Shown here piece by piece: positions 36,194 through 48,150 of a stretch of DNA of 64,000 nt (positions are counted from its first letter, which is position 1; each line of letters opens with the position of its first letter). The notes beneath the pieces are model-generated. The model was not told the origin of the DNA. It made no database searches and saw only the letters and a program-made list of their open reading frames with translations. Position numbers and translations under genes: made by a program. Origin of the DNA: Asterias rubens (taxonomy: Eukaryota); assembly GCF_902459465.1 (NCBI RefSeq), contig NC_047074.1, positions 2,480,001 through 2,544,000 on the forward strand, written 5' to 3'.

Positions 36194-39100
36194 CTAGCTA
36201 CTAGCAACTCTAAGTTGATTTTGTAAATCTCGTTTTTGTTGTTGTAATGATATCAGCTTGTGTTTATTCCTTTCTAATCTGGTCTCCATACACTGCATAA
36301 GCGGCCCACTGAGAACGTCCATTAGATGACATAGGGATTTGGTATACACTGTAAAAAATACACACCGAAAAAATACCATTATAAGCACAAAGAGAAATGC
36401 CAAAGCTTTAAAACAGCCTGGAATTACAAATAGGCCACAGAGGCCAATGGGATTAGCCTCTGTTGCCCCTGGTCTTGGCCTTGGAACGCCTTCAAAAGTT
36501 TTCAATAGCAGGCCTCGAGACAACCCATTGCACCCCCAGCAATAGACCCTTCCAAAGAAATACGTAAATTGCACATAGCGCGTGCGCACTAACGTTTTGG
36601 TTGGCAAAATGAGGGAGTATCGCGCTGTTTTGTACACTGCTAATTGGTGCGTGACGCAGACGCGATTGCGCGTCTGCTTAGTGCACAACTATATGGCGTT
36701 TGCCAACCAACAGGGTCTGTATGCATGCGTGAATGTTATTAGCAAAGGTCATGGGAAGGGTCCATTGCCACAGTGTCCTGTGGTTTTGCTGCTGTGGAGC
36801 CCCTTTGCAAATTGTCATAAATTTACATTATGGCCATTACCAGAGGAAAACTGCCATGCACCTTCAATCAAGGGTGAAGTTCAAGGCTTGCTGCAATAGA
36901 CTTTAAGGTTTTCCAATGGAAGTACAACGGTTATTTTTATGGTGCAATTAAGTGCATGTATAACCATGTAGGCTAGGACTGGAAATGGTCGTAAACTTAA
37001 ATTCTTTTAGCAATAACTGGTGGATGGAGTCGATGAGTATCTTTAAACCAAAAAAAAGCAACTTTATTGGGAGATGGTTGTAAAAACAGCTAAACCCAAA
37101 TGGGGAATCTACAAATCCGTTGGTTAATGTCCATAAAACGCGCTTTCTATAGCCCTTTTACTGAGTCGAGTTTCAGCACTCTTTAATATTGCATAGCTAT
37201 ATACCAGATAGATGGGTTACCATTTGTTATTGGATCTTGTTGGGAAGGCCTAAATATTTGTGAAAGTACACATAGAATAAAGAATCAACGCTAGCATAAC
37301 CAAGATGTTCATTAAATTATTCTAGATAGATGGGTATAGCTATACTAGATAGATGGGTTACCATTTGGTATTGGATCTTGTTGGGAAGGCCTAAATATTT
37401 GTGAAAGTACACATAGAATAAAGAATCAACGCTAGCATAACCAAGATGTTCATTAAATTATTCTTTCATTTGCTGTGAGCCAATAAACAGGTAGTGTTAA
37501 AGGCATGGACACCTTTGGTAATATTGTCAAAGACCAGTCATCTAACTTGGTGTATCTCAACATTTGCATAAAATAACAGACCTGTGAAAATTTGAGCTCA
37601 ATTGATCATCGAAGTTCAACACCTCAGATTCAAATATTTGAGTTAGAGATTACTTCTTTCTAAAAAACAATATTTCTGAGGGAGCCATTTCTCACAATGT
37701 TAACTATCACCAGCTCTCCATTGCTCGATCGATACCAAGTAAGTTTTTATGCTGGCAATTATTTTGAGTAATAACCAACAGTGTCCAGTGCCTTTAATAC
37801 AAGTTGTAGACTTACCCGCGCCGTTGTGTACTGTTGTCAGTAAGTCTTCTCCCCCTGTATTTAGAACAGCCTTGTTGTATGCTTCCTGCTCCTCCTGGGA
37901 TAAGATTTTCGGCAGCTCTGCCAGTGCATCTAAGCAAGCTGTACTTATTGTGTCTTTGGGTACGATGAAGAGTGGGATTTCCAATCGGTCGTAACTGTCA
38001 AAGTAAATAAAAATTTCCAAGAATTACAGTACCACTGTTCCTGAAATAAATTGGTGCCCGATATTGGGCAAGGTGGTACCCCCATCTATTGTGTCTTCGT
38101 TGTGTGCTTTGGAACCGCATGAATGGTTTAGAGGGTTTTAGTTGGGAGTGGGGTACTTCTGTACAAGAGGAAACATAGTGTATTAAAGTATGGGAACAAT
38201 CGGGTACCCTATGCCCCCATAGAGGAGGGCATGGTACCATGTGATGTGTTGTGGCTGAGCATTTAATTAAGACTAGAGCAGAGTGATGTTCCAAGTCCTA
38301 TTCCTGACACTTGTGTCCATGAGCAAGGTACTTTACCATTTTGGTTTGTCCTTGCGATGGGACAGTAAGCCAAAGGTGTTGCGTAGCTAGGATTGGTATA
38401 GTACGTAAACATTCCCAGAACATTTGTGCTGTGGAAGAGTAGGGGTTAACCGAAGGTGTTTATGGTTCACATAGCAACTTGCTCCCTTGTTTACAGGGGT
38501 TTGTCTGTTTGTTCAGATGATCTTTCCAACAAGGGAACTCTACAATGGCTGTTGGCTGCATCAACACCGTTATCAAATGAAAGCCTTTTCAGTGATCCAG
38601 ATTGGACTGTCAATTCAGACATGACCAAGCATTGCCAAGAAACAAAGATGTACAATAGTCTTGTGCAAATTTCCAAACCCTGCTAAACACACAACTTTGC
38701 AAAGTAGAAACAGGCTACAAGACAAACTACAAGGCTTGTCCATTTGTAGGGCAGTTTTTCTCAATAACCTTACTTTGGGGGTTCTCCTTCAGGGCTCTGG
38801 TTGGTCGATTGAAAACATGTGACTTGCACCTGACCAGCATGTGTTTCTTTCTCTTCGTTGAAGCAGGAAAAGATGAGACCAATGAAGCCGTCGTCAAGGA
38901 ACTGATATGAAGCTTGGGTTCGTACGTCTAGGTTCAATGTAAGAAAGGAACAACATCATTGGTTATGAATATTCATTAAAACATTGCTGTCACTATGAAA
39001 GAAACTTTTTGGGTTATTAATATTCATTGCTTACAATGAAACAGAAACTTGTTTGTTATGAATATTCATTAAAACTTTGCTGACAATGAAGAAACTTGTT

Positions 39101-41710
39101 GGTTATGAATATTCATTAAAACATTGCTGACACTATGAAAGAAACTTTGGGGATTATGAGTATTCATTACTTACAATGAGAAAGAAACTTGTTGGTTATG
39201 AATATTCATTAAAACATTGCTGACACTATGAAAGAAACTTTGGGGATTATGAGTATTCATTACTTACAATGAGAAAGAAACTTGTTGGTTATGAATATTC
39301 ATTTAATCAAAACAGCTTTATGAAATTGGGCCCAACTGGGTAACTTGATGAATATGTTTAAATGAACTGTGATGTCAAGTGTTGTAAAGGCCTGTGACTT
39401 TGCATGGAATTATGAACTCTAAACCCGTTACTGCAGTAACTCAGGCCTGTTACTTCATGGAGGCAACAAAGGCAATTTTTGTCAATGCCTCGGTCATCGC
39501 ATTAGTGCCCTTGAAACACTCCACTAGAATTTTACAATTTCCTCCGTGCGGGGTGCCCTTTAACAAGGAGAAAATCCCTTGGTGACCCTTGCCCTCTCAA
39601 AATGATGCATGCAGGCCCGGTAACTGGTTGAGAGTTAATAATTCAATACAGCCAGGAGCCTGCTTTGACCATGACGGTGAGTCCCCTTTGAGCTTACCAA
39701 CATGTGAAGGCCACACAGTGATGTGAGGATGAGAGTGGTACCAGCCTATTACCCTCAAGGGACGCTTCATTAACGTTGCTAAGCTGTGCCGTTAATCATT
39801 AAGGAGAATTTATCTACTGACCTTCATAAGCTACATCTACATTGTAAAGCACCGCCTCTATAAACTTGGACAAATTACCATCAGAAGTGAAATGCACTGT
39901 TGCACTTTTTCACATCAATAATTAATGTAATGGTGGAAATACAATAAGTAAGGATTATTTGCTTTGACCATGATGGTGAGTCCCCTTTGAGCTTACCAAC
40001 ATGTGAAGGCCACACAGTGATGTGAGGATGAGAGTGGTACCAGCCTATTACCCTCAAGGGACGCTTCATTAACGTTGCTAAGCTGTGCCGTTAATCATTA
40101 AGGAGAATTTATCTACTGACCTTCATAAGCTACATCTACATTGTAAAGCACCGCCTCTATAGACTTGGACAAATTACCATCAGAAGTGAAATGCACTGTT
40201 CACATCAATAATTAATGTAATGGTGGAAATACAATAAGTAAGGATTATTTGCAGTATCAACATGGGGTTTAAAAATCTCTCTAAGGATTATGGTTGTTTC
40301 CTATGGAACTAGTGGATTCGAATTGTCAGGTTGCAGTAGTGGTATCTTCCCTAGCCTTCCACGTCTGTTCAATCGGTTTAAAGTGAAGTCCAAAGACCCA
40401 CACCATTCGGTGAGGCAAGAATTAAACTGTTACACTCTGATTATGGTGATATGCCTGATCCCATGTAAAGCAATAATCAGTATTGGCAACACTTAAACTC
40501 TGATTATGGTGATTTGCCTGATCCTACATGTATGTACAGCATAATCATAATCAGTTAACACTGCAGTCCTCAGAGCAACACCAACAGTTACCGAACACCA
40601 AAACTCTTTGACTCTAATAAGGTGCCTGATCCTATCTAAAGTATAATCAGTAACTAGGCCAACTGGGAGTCAAACAAACGAAACATGCTGTTAGATTTTA
40701 GTGTAGGGTTTTTAAGGATATTTCCGCCTCGGAAGCTGCCATTGAGAGTTGCTCCGGAGAGATTTCCACACGGTCCTTGCTCTTATCTGATCTTCGTAGC
40801 ATGATGACGGACATGATATGCACAGCTCGGTTTGTGTCAATCTAAAAATAAAAAAAGTACCATCACAAAATAAGATCTGGAATTACACAAAGCCCATAAA
40901 CCATTTTGAGGTATGGCGATAACACGGTAAGTTATAGGTTTGGGTTAAATTTGTCTGTATGTTTTTACACGCAAACCCAACAGTGTATTCCTACAGTGTC
41001 AACCATATCTCAAAAAGGCTAATGGCCAGGCCTCGTGCGTCTTCAAAAGCTTCCCATAGACTTTAATATTTCCCAATGGAAGTGCTCTTTGCAAAATAAA
41101 AAATTGCCTTGCCCTCTCAAAGATAAAATTCCAGGCCTGCAACATTCTTATTTTTGAGGTAGTAGAAATTTTGCCGGCACTAGCTATTTTTCAGTGTAAC
41201 ATTAGAAAGCTGGAATGTCACTGAACAGCGACTGTTTTGGGGGGACTTTCAGGCCTGATACTTCACGGAGGCAACGGAGGCGATTGCCTCCGTTGCCCCT
41301 TGCCATTGCCTTGGTGCCCTTGAAATGCTCCAGTAGAAATTTAAAATTTGCTCATAGGGTGCCCTTTGCCAAAGAGAAATTGCCTCGGTGCCCTTGCCCT
41401 TTCAAAAACGAAGCATACAGCCCTGGACTTTATACACCAGGATGAATGTTAGTCTCGTTTTGCAGCAACATTGTCTTCGTTACTTTGTCGTTATCTTTTA
41501 CAATGGCAAAATAACAAATAATAATAACAATATTGGTCAACACTCGCCCAAGCGTGAAAAAAAATTAAGGCATTAATCAAGTATTAGGCATGGATACCAA
41601 CTAACCTCTCCAATACAAAGTCCCATGATCTCTTCTCTCTCCGTTGATAAAGCATGAGTTAGGCAGACCATGTAGGCATCAGCCGCTAAATAAACACATG
41701 ATGCTGTCAT
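36194..41710 (-). CDS. BRCC3: Lys-63-specific deubiquitinase BRCC36
   Basis: Exons 41606-41710, 40722-40841, exon 3 (39997-40084 or its duplicate 39698-39785), 38774-38927, 37816-37994, 36194-36348. MVCLTHALSTEREEIMGLCIGE, RRSDK.KDRVEISPEQL, GWYHSHPHITVWPSHVD and ELPKIL.QEEQ.AY match BRCC36. Confidence 0.95.
37195..37465. repeat. Local tandem duplication of ~135 bp in a BRCC3 intron
   Basis: AGATAGATGGGTTACCATTTG...GATGTTCATTAAATTATTCT occurs twice, nearly identical. Confidence 0.9.
37498..37700. mobile_element. Internally deleted MITE family A copy
   Basis: TTAAAGGCATGGACACCTTTGGTAAT start; lacks the far terminus. Confidence 0.7.
38965..39305. repeat. ~50-60 bp minisatellite in a BRCC3 intron
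   Basis: Tandem GAAAGAAACTTGTTGGTTATGAATATTCATTAAAACATTGCTGACACTAT-like units. Confidence 0.85.
39662..40250. repeat. Tandem ~299-bp duplication carrying the whole of BRCC3 exon 3
   Basis: 39662-39960 and 39961-40250 differ only by two substitutions and a 9-bp indel, all intronic. Confidence 0.95.
40085..40721 (-). other. U12-type AT-AC intron of BRCC3
   Basis: Donor GAA|ATATCCTT (40721-40714), branch site TTCTCCTTAAT (40107-40097), acceptor GGCAC|AGC. The spliced product EAESLATLMKRPLRV is colinear with BRCC36 EAERLAELTGRPMRV. Confidence 0.9.
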
Positions 41711-41992
41711 CGCTGTACGACGTCTTTTTTAATAAATACTTAGTTAGTTAGTGATCTACTCTGAGCCCAAGCCTATAAAATAATAAAACAAACGGGACAC
41801 GAGGCTGTCAATAATTTGGGAATTTAACAATTATGTTTACTTGGTCTAAGGAATAGGAAAGCCTTAGTTTTTTTTTAGTTGTTTTTTTTTTTTTTTTTTT
41901 TTTTAAATTAAAAAATAATTTTTGTTAAAAAAATCAATTTAGAAATTGGTCTTACACCGTCACTAGATAAAAAATTTAAAAATAAGTTTCTG

Positions 41993-42100
41993 TATGGCGC
42001 CACCACTTTTTCATTCGATATCAAACAATATAGTAGTTAATTTACCTCAATCAATGAGATATCCCTTTTTGTAAAAATCAGTGAAAAAGTGGTGGCGCCA
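41993..42100. mobile_element. Small MITE between the BRCC3 and COMMD2 start codons
   Basis: TGGCGCCACCACTTTTTCA ... TGAAAAAGTGGTGGCGCCA; decayed relative at ~15375-15500. Confidence 0.75.
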
Positions 42101-42420
42101 AAAAAAAATCCAATTGTTCTACCTAAAATTAGCAAAAAATTTAATTCACTTTATTCACTTATTTGATCAACAACGCACAAAACAAAAGTCACTTTTAAAG
42201 TTCGAAAGGAGGTTTTGGCAGAATTTGTACACAACAAATACCGTCTGCTCAATGCTCTGGTACCTGGACGTCCCAGTATATATCACTGAACAGAAAGAGG
42301 CGTGTATTTTAATCACCAGTCTACTTGTCATTCAATCTTTACTCAAAAAAGTGACACACACTCTACACAGGAAATATTTTGTAGTTGATATCAACGTATT
42401 CTTCCTTTCAATTGTTCAAA

Positions 42421-45400
42421 ATGCTGCTAGTACTTGAAGATGAACACAAGGAACACCTGAATTTCTTAGTTTCGGTGAATGTGGAAGGTAAAGATTTGCA
42501 TTTTAGTGATTAAAAACAGGAAGTGAAACGACGTAAACACTCACCGTTTTGTGTGCTAAAAGCTGCCGCCTTGACCTCTTGAGGGCGCTGTTGTAAATAA
42601 AAAATCACTTCCAAAAATGTTGTTTATGACCGAATTTATATAGGCTTGGAATTTGTCATGATTTTTCTACTTTTTACCTTTTCTTAAAGATCTCCCATAT
42701 TGTCTTTAACTTGGCTTGAATATTGAATGACTATCCTAATTTATTATTTTATTTTTGTTAAAAAATAAAACAAATCACAACAGTCTATTCCAATTCTGCT
42801 ATTTAATTCAATTTCAATTCAAGTTTTTTATCCAACCCCTAAAATTTAAAAACCAATAATAAAAAAAAAAATTTAAGCTGCTTTTAATGGCTGATATTGT
42901 ACTTCATGGTGCAATTTCCATTTCATTGCGCTGGCACTGCTACTTGCGCTAAACATCACACAGCAAGAAAAAAAGGTAGTTCTAGTTGCGATAACGTAAC
43001 CCTCCTCCCGGCCGTCGGGAGGAGGGTTTACTATCACACGTAGAAAAAAGACATTCATTTTGATAATTAAATTGAACTGGAATGACAGGCCTCTGTGCCC
43101 TCCCAAGGATTATGATTATCGCAGTCATCTAGTGTTAATAAAGAGTATAATTGAAAATAAGCACTTCGTTTATATGCATTGCACGTTGACTTTTTTGACT
43201 TTGCTATCCCTTATTAAAATGTGTGCGGTAGTTTTGCAGTACTTAGTACCACAGGTTTCTTGGGAGTTTTATTTCTTTCTCTACAAGGACGTCCTGCCAC
43301 CACCCATTTTTTAGGATTTCATTCAAATTCAAATGAACCCCAATTTTGAGATTTGCTTTTGGTAATATTGTTTATTTCGGAGCATTAAGTTGTAGAACTC
43401 TTTATCCCAAAGACAATATTATAGGCCTAATCAACAGTATGTATCTATCTTTTTTATTACAGTTGTCCAAGAATTCTGTCGAATTGCCATGGAATTCATC
43501 AGGAAAGGCATCAACAACAAGATGTATCTCATTGCAGCCCGTAAGTAAATAAACTAACGCTCGCTGAACAAGCAGCATCTGATGATGTTGCAACCTGTAC
43601 TAAGTGTGTCCGTATAAAAGGATCTGTGTCTGTTGGTAATAACTCTGAAAATTAATGCCAATGATAATGTACTTGAAAATAAGTACAGCAGGTGTGAATA
43701 GTTACACGCAAATAATTGAGAAACTTTTCACTTCTAAGTGCTACGGTTATGGCAAAATATATCACTTTTTTATCCCCAAAAGGGGGTTTATAGGAGGGTT
43801 TACCTCATTTGTAATTATTTCAGGCTGGCGCCTCTATCTTTCTACACTGCATTGGATGATGTTTAATGGTCAAACAGTAAGAGGGTTAATGTTAGTATTT
43901 CTTGTGTGTTTTTATCAGAGAAGCTTAGTGTTGATGCAGAGACGGTGCGTCATGGTGTGGAAGGCTTGATGTACCTGCTGGCTGAGAGTGCTAAACTAAT
44001 GGTATGTAGACAGGGACTACTGCTTTATAGGGTGCGTTCGTTTAGCTTCGCTGGGTCGTCCCCGGTGTGTGGCAATTTTTTTTCCCCAGGACGACATGGG
44101 TTATTATCTGCACACGTTTGTCCTGGAAAAAACCATGCCACACACCGGGTTATATAGCGCTTTTCACACCGGAACTCAAAGTGTTTCCGACATTATCCCT
44201 GGTCACTGGGCCATTTAAAAGGCAGTGGACACAATTGGTAATTACTCACAATAATTATCAGCATAAAACTCTACTTGGTAACGAGTAATGGGGAGAGGTT
44301 GATAGTATAAAACTTTGTGAGAAACAGCTCCATCTAAAGTGACGTAGTTTTCGAGAAAGAAGTAATTTTCCACGAATTTGATTTTGAGACCTCAAGTTTA
44401 GAATTTGAGGTCTCAAAATCAAGCATCTGAACGCACACAACTTTGTGTGATAAGGGTGTTTTTTTCTTTCATAGTTATCTCGCAACTCCGACGACCAATC
44501 GAGCTCAATTTTCACAGGTTTGTTAATTTATGCATATGTTGAGAAGACTGGTCTTTGACAATTACCAATAGTGTCCATTGTCTTTAATTAATTCCTTAAA
44601 CCATCTCGGCTCCCTTGGGATTATACAGCCTGTGCAGAAATATGCGTTACTTAGCTAAATCAATCACAAGAACCATCTCTGACCTCACAGGTACACAAGC
44701 AATTATAGTCTAGTGTCTTGCTCAGGGACCCAAGTGTCCTCGAACCCACATTCTGCTGAACAGAAACACCAGAGCTTGGTGACAGATTGTTTTGTCCTTG
44801 GACTTAATTAATGGGTCGATGCCTTTGAAGGGACACACACGAGTGAAGAGGTTATTCAATTAGTTGAAGAGCTTCTTCAATTAGTCTAGAGATATTTTTA
44901 ATTGTTAGCACCATAATTAAAAGATTTCACTGTCCTTAGACTTGTGGGGTCGATGCCTTTGTAGGGACACACCAAATTGAAACAACTATTTAGAGAAGCC
45001 ATGTTTAATCAAGTCTGTAAACAGCGCACTCTGTTGGTGCATATTACACAGATATTATTTGTAAAAAACTTTCTGTTAAAAAACAAAAACAAATTCCAAG
45101 CCAAATGAAAAAGATTGTGTTCTCCTTAAAGCAGTGGGTTTGAATCCTATGTATAGACGCACAAAATTAAAACAACTATTTTATGGAGAAGCTATATTTA
45201 AACAGCGGCCTCTGTTGGCAGGAATAAACACAGTTACAAAAACCCTTAAATTTTCTGTTTCACTTCTAAGGTGACGGATATTGACTTCCAAGACTCTATT
45301 TTGACGCTGGGTTTCTCTGACGAGATGAAGAAGGAGCTTCTGAGGTTTTATCTTGACAACTGCAAGGAGATTCGAACGATCCAATCAGAGATGGTTATGG

Positions 45401-46307
45401 ATCTACCTCATTACCATAATCTCGAATGGCGACTTGATGTCGAGGTTGGTTCAAAATACTTTTCACTTATTTTTATAGACATGTTTACTATGTAAATTCA
45501 TTCATCGCATGATACTTTGTTGCCGGCTTGCATAGTTTATCTACAATTCAAAACTACAGTGGATGTTTTTGAATGGTCAGACAGTAGGAGGGTTGACTGT
45601 GTACTGTGTAGATTCACTCATCATCACATGATACTTTATTGCCGGCTTGCATAGTTTATATACATCTACACACTACAGTGGATGATATTGAATGGTCAGG
45701 GTTGAGCCACAAAAATGTATTACTAAAAAGTGCAATATACCTGCCGCCATGAATTGTAAAAACAATTCCTATCATGACGAGAGTGATCTATTAAAGAAAA
45801 AGGGCTAAAAAGACACATCCTTTTCGTTTGGCAACTCACACCTGTTATCTCCAAGTTATTGCTTTTCTGAACAGTGGACTTAATTGGGTCATACACAAAC
45901 ATGTCTGGCTGCTGACTGCTCAAGGCAAATTATTTGGTCCTATATTATGTAAACACACTCACTCACTGAAGAGGATTCATACTTTAATAGGTATTAAATT
46001 TGCATCAGGGAGAAAGCATATTCATTTTGGTTTTACCCATGTATACATGTGGCCACACTCGGAAATCCTTTAATTGAGTTTTCCCGTAATGTTTTCCTTT
46101 TTGCAGCTTGCTAGTCGGTCACTCCACCACCAAACAACCCCGTCCCTCCTCCTGAAGTTACACACCGAGGACTCTGGGAACAAGACCACCCAGCTTCTCG
46201 AGACCGACCCGTCCAATCTACTTCACATGACGAAGTGTCTAGAGGGCGCCCTTGCAGAGGTCAAAAGTCAACATTGCCGGAGAATAATGAGGAACATAAA
46301 CAAATGA
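42421..46307 (+). CDS. COMMD2: COMM domain-containing protein 2
   Basis: Exons 42421-42487, 43463-43540, 43919-44001, 45271-45444, 46107-46307, GT-AG and phase-consistent. MLL.L..EHKEHL.FL, HGVEGL.YLL.ES.KLM, YHNLEWRLDV.LASRSL and HCRR..RNI match COMMD2. Confidence 0.95.
44220..44583. mobile_element. MITE family A in COMMD2 intron 3
   Basis: AGGCAGTGGACACAATTGGTAATT ... ATTACCAATAGTGTCCATTGTCT|TTAA. Confidence 0.85.
44690..44785 (-). mobile_element. Fragment of the tRNA-derived CORE-like SINE
   Basis: Reverse complement of the 57085 element head (CAAGCTCTGGTGTTTCTG..CAGCAGA.TGTGGGTTCGA..ACACTTG.GTCC.TGAGCAAGACACT). Confidence 0.6.
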
Positions 46308-46829
46308 AATACCAACACAAAGTAAATTTCTAGAAAACTAATTGTGAGAAATCATACAAATATTACACATATATTGGATGCACTTGTGTGCATTGTTGCA
46401 AGAAATAATCTCAAGATAAAATCTGGTCTTACTTCTAGACTTGTGAAGAAGTCATCATTGGTTTGTCACGGTGATAGTCGTGTCGGGGTGGCACGTTATG
46501 AATAAGGTCCCCCGATCAAATACTGCTCTTGCGAGATCACTGCTGGCCGCCGACTACTCCATGAAAATGCACTGCTCAAGAGCAGTAGTCTCACAGGGCC
46601 AGCAGTTTCGCAAGAATATCCACAGTGTTGCTGGAATCGCAGAGAATCAAAACGCTATCACCGCGAAAGACATTTAACAACTTGCCCACCAGTCTAAGAC
46701 CCTCCCGATATTATTCCAGATAAAAGTGCAGGGTGTGATATGGACTAAGCAATATGGTATAATATCACACAAAGGGCCCTGTCTTAAGAGGCAACTTTTG
46801 CAGGCAACATGGAGTCAAGCAACTGCATA

Positions 46830-47056
46830 GCCTTGTCCAAGGCTATCTACGCAAGCACCGGCCCGCTCTGAATTCATGAACAGCATAGATACTATACCGC
46901 ACGGCACATAGGGGTCGAAGCATGGCTTTTTGAGGTATCAACGAGGTTACAAAACAAGGCCGGAAGATATATATATCTTCCGGCCTTGTTTTGTATATAT
47001 GCTGTTCGTGAATTCAGAGCGGGCCGGTGCTTGGGTAGATAGCCTTGGACAAGGCA
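46830..47056. repeat. Nested palindromic element
   Basis: Outer arms 46830-46893 and 46997-47056; a perfect 46-bp palindrome at 46949-46994. Confidence 0.85.
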
Positions 47057-48150
47057 ACCAACTGCAGGGCATGTTTACACAGGACCACTTGGAGTGACAT
47101 GCCTAATGTTGCCGTAGATCCACTCTTCAGAATTGATGATTCCACTTTGAGTGAAGATAACAAGTCTCACCAATCTTATTCTCGGGCTTTCTTTGCTGAT
47201 TGGTTAAATTTATTTAACTTTCATAATAATATTTCCTAGTATATAATATCATTTTTATAGCCATAAACTACTAACTAAAGTACTTGATGAAACAGGATAG
47301 CACACACGTAATACCAACTTGGTCCGGGGAAAACGAATATGGGCGTCAGCCTTCACTGTGTTCTGAAGGTTTATTAAACAAAAAGTTTATAATTTTATTC
47401 AATGAATAATATAATTGGTTAATAAAACATGAATCACTTTTATTTTGTCTTAATTGAACAAGAAAAGTTAATGGTTTGTGCAGTATTTGTTCATCTCATC
47501 AAGTATTAAAAATATTATATTGATTATGTAACTATCTTGTACATTGCTAGCAACAAATAAATTTGTAAGAAATTTACATATTCTGTGTTATTGTTCTGAA
47601 TTATTTTAGGAGGTTTATTTACACATAGTTATATTCCATTCACAATAACAAAGACTAACAACTATATATTTTTATTAGTTAAACATGAATAACCCTAATG
47701 CCACAATATTTGTGATAAAATCACAAGTGGGTAAGCATTGACAATGTTCGACCTTTTTGAAATTACAGTATCTTACGATGTTGAAAAAAACCCGAAGCTA
47801 AACAAGCAAGACTTACTTCTTGATTTTATAAAGAAACAGTCAAAAATGGACAACTGCAAGACCCTTGTGGGTGTATCAGAAATCAGTCAAAATGACTTTA
47901 AAAATTACCAATTTAAAGGCAAAAACAAACCGTAGCTCTTTGTACGAAATCTTTTAAGACGAAGATACTACGCAAGACGTCACCATCGGGGACGTTAGGA
48001 ACCACAAAATAAACAACTTTTATTTACTCCAACTTTGGGGGATAAACATAAAACAATTATTTTAAATAACTGCAACTGTACACCTAGAATAAAATGGGTT
48101 TGGATAACAAATTGTGTTTAAATATGATTATGTGATAGATGTTATTACAG

